IMG/VR virus record: IMGVR_UViG_2617270961_000002
Length of the DNA stretch: 8,932 nt
Reading direction: 5' to 3' (one strand)
From: a virus
Taxonomy: Monodnaviria > Loebvirae > Hofneiviricota > Faserviricetes > Tubulavirales
The notes under the pieces were generated by a model that did no database searches, was not told the origin of the DNA, and was given only the letters and a program-made list of their open reading frames with translations. How positions within the stretch are numbered: position 1 is the stretch's first letter; every line of letters begins with the position of its first letter. Below, piece by piece: positions 1 through 8,932 of the stretch. A program made the translations under genes and the position numbers.

Positions 1-13
1 CATTATGCGCACT
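1..13 (-). other. Truncated dif-like XerC/XerD recombination site (XerC-binding arm plus first 2 nt of the central region), cut by the window edge
   Basis: Reverse complement of nt 1-13 is AGTGCGCATAATG, matching 12 of 13 positions of the E. coli dif XerC arm and central-region start GGTGCGCATAA-TG (dif recalled from memory as GGTGCGCATAATGTATATTATGTTAAAT). It lies about 55 bp beyond the pIV stop codon. Confidence 0.6.
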
Positions 14-67
14 GACGTTGTGGTGGGTAAACTGAGATGCCGCGTCCTGATAATCCCCGGTCGGCAC

Positions 68-1285
<1,218 letters not shown>

Positions 1286-1314
1286 TTAAGTGCTGTTTTT
1301 CAGTCATGAAGATA

Positions 1315-2049
<735 letters not shown>

Positions 2050-2062
2050 AGTGTCCTCTGTC

Positions 2063-3633
<1,571 letters not shown>

Positions 3634-3635
3634 TG

Positions 3636-5030
3636 TTACCCCCTGTCAACAAAAAGAACACGACGAACAATAAAGTAACAACGTAAAGTCGTTAATGCAT
3701 AAAGAGCATACTCCAGTAAAGGTCTGATAATGTCATCATAAGCTGAAGCAAAATCAGATGTGTCAATTGTAAAATACAGCCCATTTATCCCCGGCAATGG
3801 AAATTCAATCTGAACTGGCTGAGCACCAGAACGACGCAGTTCACCAGTTAAAAGTAATTTATCAAAATTAATATAAAGCCACTCATCAGGAAGAAGACTG
3901 AAAAGCCTGTCAGCAAATGAAGACATATCATCCTGTTCAGGCGTTACAGAATGAATTAATTCATTTAACTGTGAATCATAAGAACTAACCGCACTGGTAA
4001 TATCATCCTGAGAAACAGAAAAAGTATTATTTAAATCATTCACTGAACCCCATATTGTTTTTAACCAGCCCAAAATACCATCAAGCCAGCCATTGTCATC
4101 GCCGGATGAGCCACCGGAGCCTGAACCTGAACTACCGCTACCGGATGAACCACCGGAGCCAGAACCTGAACCACCACTGCCGGATGAGCCGCCGGAACCC
4201 GAGCCGGAGCCACCGCTACCGGATGAACCACCGGAGCCAGAACCTGAACCACCACTGCCGGATGAGCCGCCAGAACCCGAGCCGGAGCCACCGCTACCGG
4301 ATGAACCACCGGAGCCAGAACCTGAACCACCACTGCCGGATGAACCGCCAGAGCCTGTCGTATTATCGCAATTGTCGTCGTCACAACCAGAGCCACTCCC
4401 TGTATTGCCGTCAGGATTTTTATTGGCGGGAGCCACGCCAACAGAACGCATACTTTGAGCGATACAATTCCCGTCGTCATCACACTCGTTAAAATCAATC
4501 AAATAACGACAGCCATTAATTTCCAGGGACTGAGATTCCTGCCCGTTACCCGTATCAACCCAGACAACATCACCAAGAGAATATGAAAAGTCCTTAATTA
4601 CCGGACGGGAAAGACAATTTTCTTCGGTAACCGGCTTATTATATTCAGGTGTCAAATCCCCCTCACCACCCTGAAAAGCAAGGGTGCAGGCTGTCCACTT
4701 TTGCTTGTCTGAATCCCAGACTTTATATGCTGACCACCGGGCACGGACAAAAGACCCGACAGTCGAAGGTGCATTAACAGGCGTGGAAAGTGGCACACCA
4801 CAATAATGAATTATTCCGGAACATGCGTCATAATTGCCCGAACCACAGAAAAGATGACCGGCCGCCCTGGCTAATTTAATCGACGTCCCCGCGTCCGAAT
4901 AATCTGTCCTGCAGGATGAATGGCCTGCACACTGAACAAGTGCATCCGGATTTTCTTTCTCTTCAGCGAAAGAAAACGAGGAAAAGAACAAAAACAGAAG
5001 CGGAATAATAAAGTGAATCAAAAAAAACAC
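3636..5030 (-). CDS. Adsorption / minor coat protein, pIII-like, with Gly/Ser-rich linker
   Basis: 464 aa; hydrophobic N-terminal leader; Cys-rich N-terminal region; long (GGSSGSGGSGSGS)n linker; hydrophobic C-terminus. The track start at 5030 is GTG overlapping the AGGAG Shine-Dalgarno sequence, so the true start may be a few codons downstream (for example TTG at 5021). Confidence 0.8.
   Translation of the reverse strand: MFFLIHFIIPLLFLFFSSFSFAEEKENPDALVQCAGHSSCRTDYSDAGTSIKLARAAGHLFCGSGNYDACSGIIHYCGVPLSTPVNAPSTVGSFVRARWSAYKVWDSDKQKWTACTLAFQGGEGDLTPEYNKPVTEENCLSRPVIKDFSYSLGDVVWVDTGNGQESQSLEINGCRYLIDFNECDDDGNCIAQSMRSVGVAPANKNPDGNTGSGSGCDDDNCDNTTGSGGSSGSGGSGSGSGGSSGSGGSGSGSGGSSGSGGSGSGSGGSSGSGGSGSGSGGSSGSGGSGSGSGGSSGSGSSGSGSGGSSGDDNGWLDGILGWLKTIWGSVNDLNNTFSVSQDDITSAVSSYDSQLNELIHSVTPEQDDMSSFADRLFSLLPDEWLYINFDKLLLTGELRRSGAQPVQIEFPLPGINGLYFTIDTSDFASAYDDIIRPLLEYALYALTTLRCYFIVRRVLFVDRG
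4102..4358. repeat. Intragenic 39-bp tandem repeats (about 6.6 copies, alternating two sub-variants as a 78-bp higher-order unit) encoding the pIII Gly/Ser linker
   Basis: CCGGATGA(A/G)CC(A/G)CCGGA... recurs at 4102, 4141, 4180, 4219, 4258, 4297 and 4336; it creates the periodic PLPDEPPEPEPEP and Arg/His-rich artefact ORFs in other frames. Confidence 0.9.
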
Positions 5031-5043
5031 TCCTGGTATGATT

Positions 5044-5066
5044 AAAAAAGCGCCCCGGAGGGCGCT
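5044..5066 (-). terminator. Rho-independent terminator downstream of the major coat protein gene
   Basis: On the minus strand: 7-bp GC-rich stem AGCGCCC / GGGCGCT with a 4-nt loop, followed directly by TTTTTT; located between the pVIII-like stop (5082) and the pIII-like start, as the strong terminator after gene VIII in Ff phages. Confidence 0.75.
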
Positions 5067-5081
5067 GTCGTTAAATAACTA

Positions 5082-5342
<261 letters not shown>

Positions 5343-5348
5343 TTAAAA

Positions 5349-5519
5349 TTAATTAACAGCATCACTGAACATCCGGCAGACCAGAGTGAAAATAACACCA
5401 AGACCAAAGCCAAGAAGCCAGCAGACAATCCAGACATAAAGAACGGACCAGTAAAGCTCCCCGTCCTGTACGCCAGAATTCAGTGCGGATAAAACACCGC
5501 TGAAATCAAATTCAGTCAT
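5349..5519 (-). CDS. Small hydrophobic protein, candidate minor coat protein (pIX/pVII analogue)
   Basis: 56 aa from the ATG at 5519; transmembrane-like segment YVWIVCWLLGFGLGVIFTLV; its start overlaps the upstream stop (ATGACTGA); lies between the gV-position gene and pVIII as genes VII/IX do in Ff. The track's longer version starts at a GTG with no Shine-Dalgarno sequence. Confidence 0.45.
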   Translation of the reverse strand: MTEFDFSGVLSALNSGVQDGELYWSVLYVWIVCWLLGFGLGVIFTLVCRMFSDAVN

Positions 5520-5652
5520 AATAACGCTGAACAGTAATGCTTTGTGAGTCACAGGCGCGAATCAGTTTTATTCCGATGCCAAAACCTGAAGAAAATAAAA
5601 TCATTGCAGGCGCAGCAAATAAAACAAAGTTCAGAAAATCAGCGTCAGACAT
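5512..5652 (-). CDS. Small hydrophobic protein, candidate minor coat protein (pVII/pIX analogue)
   Basis: 46 aa from the ATG at 5652, which follows the upstream TGA stop by 1 nt (TGATATG) with AAGG upstream; hydrophobic segment FLNFVLFAAPAMILFSSGFGIGI. The longer track ORF would overlap the upstream gene by about 50 nt. Confidence 0.45.
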   Translation of the reverse strand: MSDADFLNFVLFAAPAMILFSSGFGIGIKLIRACDSQSITVQRYYD

Positions 5653-5656
5653 ATCA

Positions 5657-6082
5657 TCAGCCTTTTTCTTTACCTGCGGGCAGTGCACCCAGCGGCTGAC
5701 CGTCAAAACGTTTCATGGAGCCGGAAATAAAACGATACCAGACACCATGACGTTCTGAGCCTGTCGACCATGAGTTAACATCCACCGTGAGATAAACAGG
5801 TTTGCCCTGCAAATCAGGACATGAATTAAAAAATTTAAAATCCTCCTCAGTACAGGAAAAGCGCTCATGCTCCTCACGGCGGACTTTTAATTTTCGATCC
5901 TCATACGGATAGGCAATAACAATGGCATATTTGGGTTTAGCCTCAGGGTTATAATGAGTACCGCCGGGTTTTAACTCCTCATCATTTATGACAGTGGCGT
6001 GAATAAAATATCCCGCCATTGTCATGCCTGAGGTAAAACCCTCAGGGGAAGGAAACGGAAAACTGTCGTAAATTTGATTCAT
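5657..6082 (-). CDS. Putative ssDNA-binding protein (gene V position); function assigned by synteny only
   Basis: 141 aa; GAGGAG Shine-Dalgarno sequence about 8 nt upstream of the ATG; immediately downstream of the Rep gene and upstream of coat genes. Larger than Ff pV (87 aa) and I do not recognise a specific motif. Confidence 0.5.
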   Translation of the reverse strand: MNQIYDSFPFPSPEGFTSGMTMAGYFIHATVINDEELKPGGTHYNPEAKPKYAIVIAYPYEDRKLKVRREEHERFSCTEEDFKFFNSCPDLQGKPVYLTVDVNSWSTGSERHGVWYRFISGSMKRFDGQPLGALPAGKEKG

Positions 6083-6112
6083 AAATCAGACTCCTCAATG
6101 TTAAAAATTCAG

Positions 6113-8360
<2,248 letters not shown>

Positions 8361-8494
8361 GTTTGCACCGCAATATATTTACCGCATGCGTGCATCATAA
8401 TCACATTTAACACGTATTGTAAATACGCATGCGCTATGCGGGTGTAAAAAAAATGGAATAATCACCTTCTATTGAAAGGACATAGAGGTAAATT
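8361..8494. promoter_or_regulatory. Divergent intergenic control region (likely promoters/operators for the replication operon and the divergent regulator; possibly the plus-strand origin)
   Basis: 134-bp non-coding gap between divergent starts; two copies of the self-complementary octamer CGCATGCG (8383-8390 and 8426-8433); inverted repeat CGTATT-gta-AATACG (8413-8427); A-run and AT-rich tract upstream of the plus-strand gene. Confidence 0.5.
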
Positions 8495-8710
8495 TTGATG
8501 AAAAAAGAAACAAAGCGCGGAGACACAACCGTAAGGATTAACGAAAACAGAAAACTGGAGCTAAAACGAAGAGTGCTGGAAATCGGTAATAAAACAGGTG
8601 AGCTACTAAAACCATCAGAGATAGTAAACCACTTAATAGACAACTACTTAGATGATGCGGTGAAAGATCTAATAAGCAAAGAAGAACTTAAGAAAAAAAA
8701 GGCAATGTGA
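8495..8710 (+). CDS. Small DNA-binding regulator, ribbon-helix-helix-like; candidate phage repressor
   Basis: 71 aa; GAGG Shine-Dalgarno sequence 9 nt upstream; predicted beta-strand (TTVRINEN) followed by two helices (RKLELKRRVLEIG / SEIVNHLIDNYLDD) in an RHH-like arrangement; basic C-terminus; divergent from the replication genes, as rstR is in CTXphi. Confidence 0.5.
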   Translation: MMKKETKRGDTTVRINENRKLELKRRVLEIGNKTGELLKPSEIVNHLIDNYLDDAVKDLISKEELKKKKAM

Positions 8711-8773
8711 TCCCTTTCCCAACGTCAAAAAAACAGGCCAAGAAAGATCAAAGGAACAGTTAAACGAGGCAAT

Positions 8774-8929
8774 ATGCAGATAACCAGTGACTTAATCCTT
8801 GACCTGCTGATAAAGCATTTTGTTGTGGGCAGCATCACAGGCATGACAATATTCAGCCTGATAACGCTTGTCCTACCGTTGGTGATGACCATACACAACA
8901 AACTAAGTAAGGACACTGAAATCCTTTAA
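8774..8929 (+). CDS. Hypothetical small membrane protein (51 aa)
   Basis: ATG at 8774 with GAGG 4 nt upstream; hydrophobic core FVVGSITGMTIFSLITLVLPLVMTI flanked by charged residues; same strand and same reading frame as the upstream regulator gene. Below the ORF-track length cutoff; an overlapping minus-strand ORF (8725-8916) is an equally weak alternative. Confidence 0.3.
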   Translation: MQITSDLILDLLIKHFVVGSITGMTIFSLITLVLPLVMTIHNKLSKDTEIL

Positions 8930-8932
8930 GGT

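Noticed and set aside
4055-4498. ORFs 4055-4492 (+), 4093-4458 (+) and 4061-4498 (-) with periodic PLPDEPPEPEPEP or Arg/His-rich translations
   Set aside because: Alternative-frame artefacts of the 39-bp repeats encoding the pIII Gly/Ser linker.
8390-8412. Possible second dif-like site (GTGCATCATAA ... ATTTAACA) in the divergent intergenic region
   Set aside because: Only partial resemblance to the XerC and XerD arms, and in the wrong relative orientation and spacing for a dif core. More likely operator or promoter sequence.
8725-8916. 63-aa minus-strand ORF at the right end
   Set aside because: It has a GTG start with a plausible AAGGA ribosome-binding site, but it overlaps the plus-strand 51-aa ORF, which is co-oriented with the regulator gene. 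The two cannot be distinguished from sequence alone; the minus-strand one was judged less likely but not excluded.

Overview
The whole window reads as one integrated filamentous phage (inovirus) genome with the classic Ff gene order on the minus strand, bounded on the left by a truncated dif-like XerC/XerD site. Reading 5'->3' on the minus strand: a small 81-aa ORF translationally coupled to a large rolling-circle replication initiator (phiX174/P2 gpA-type YxxKY motif), a gV-position protein, two small hydrophobic ORFs (pVII/pIX analogues), a pVIII-like major coat protein followed by a strong intrinsic terminator, a pIII-like adsorption protein with a Gly/Ser linker encoded by 39-bp tandem repeats, a pVI-like protein, a pI/Zot-family assembly ATPase, a 734-bp non-coding array of 339-bp tandem repeats, and a pIV secretin. 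A ribbon-helix-helix-like regulator and a small hydrophobic ORF are transcribed divergently on the plus strand at the right end, separated from the replication operon by an intergenic region with palindromes. No integrase, transposase, tRNA, rRNA or CRISPR array is visible, which fits XerCD-mediated integration at dif as in CTXphi, Ypf-phi and CUS-1 (comparison from memory). I did not find a separate non-phage system; the most unusual element is the tandem repeat array, whose units start with a segment closely resembling the ColE1/pBR322 region that I recall as the PriA primosome assembly site, suggesting a duplicated complementary-strand origin. All homology statements are from reading the translations and from memory; no database search was run.
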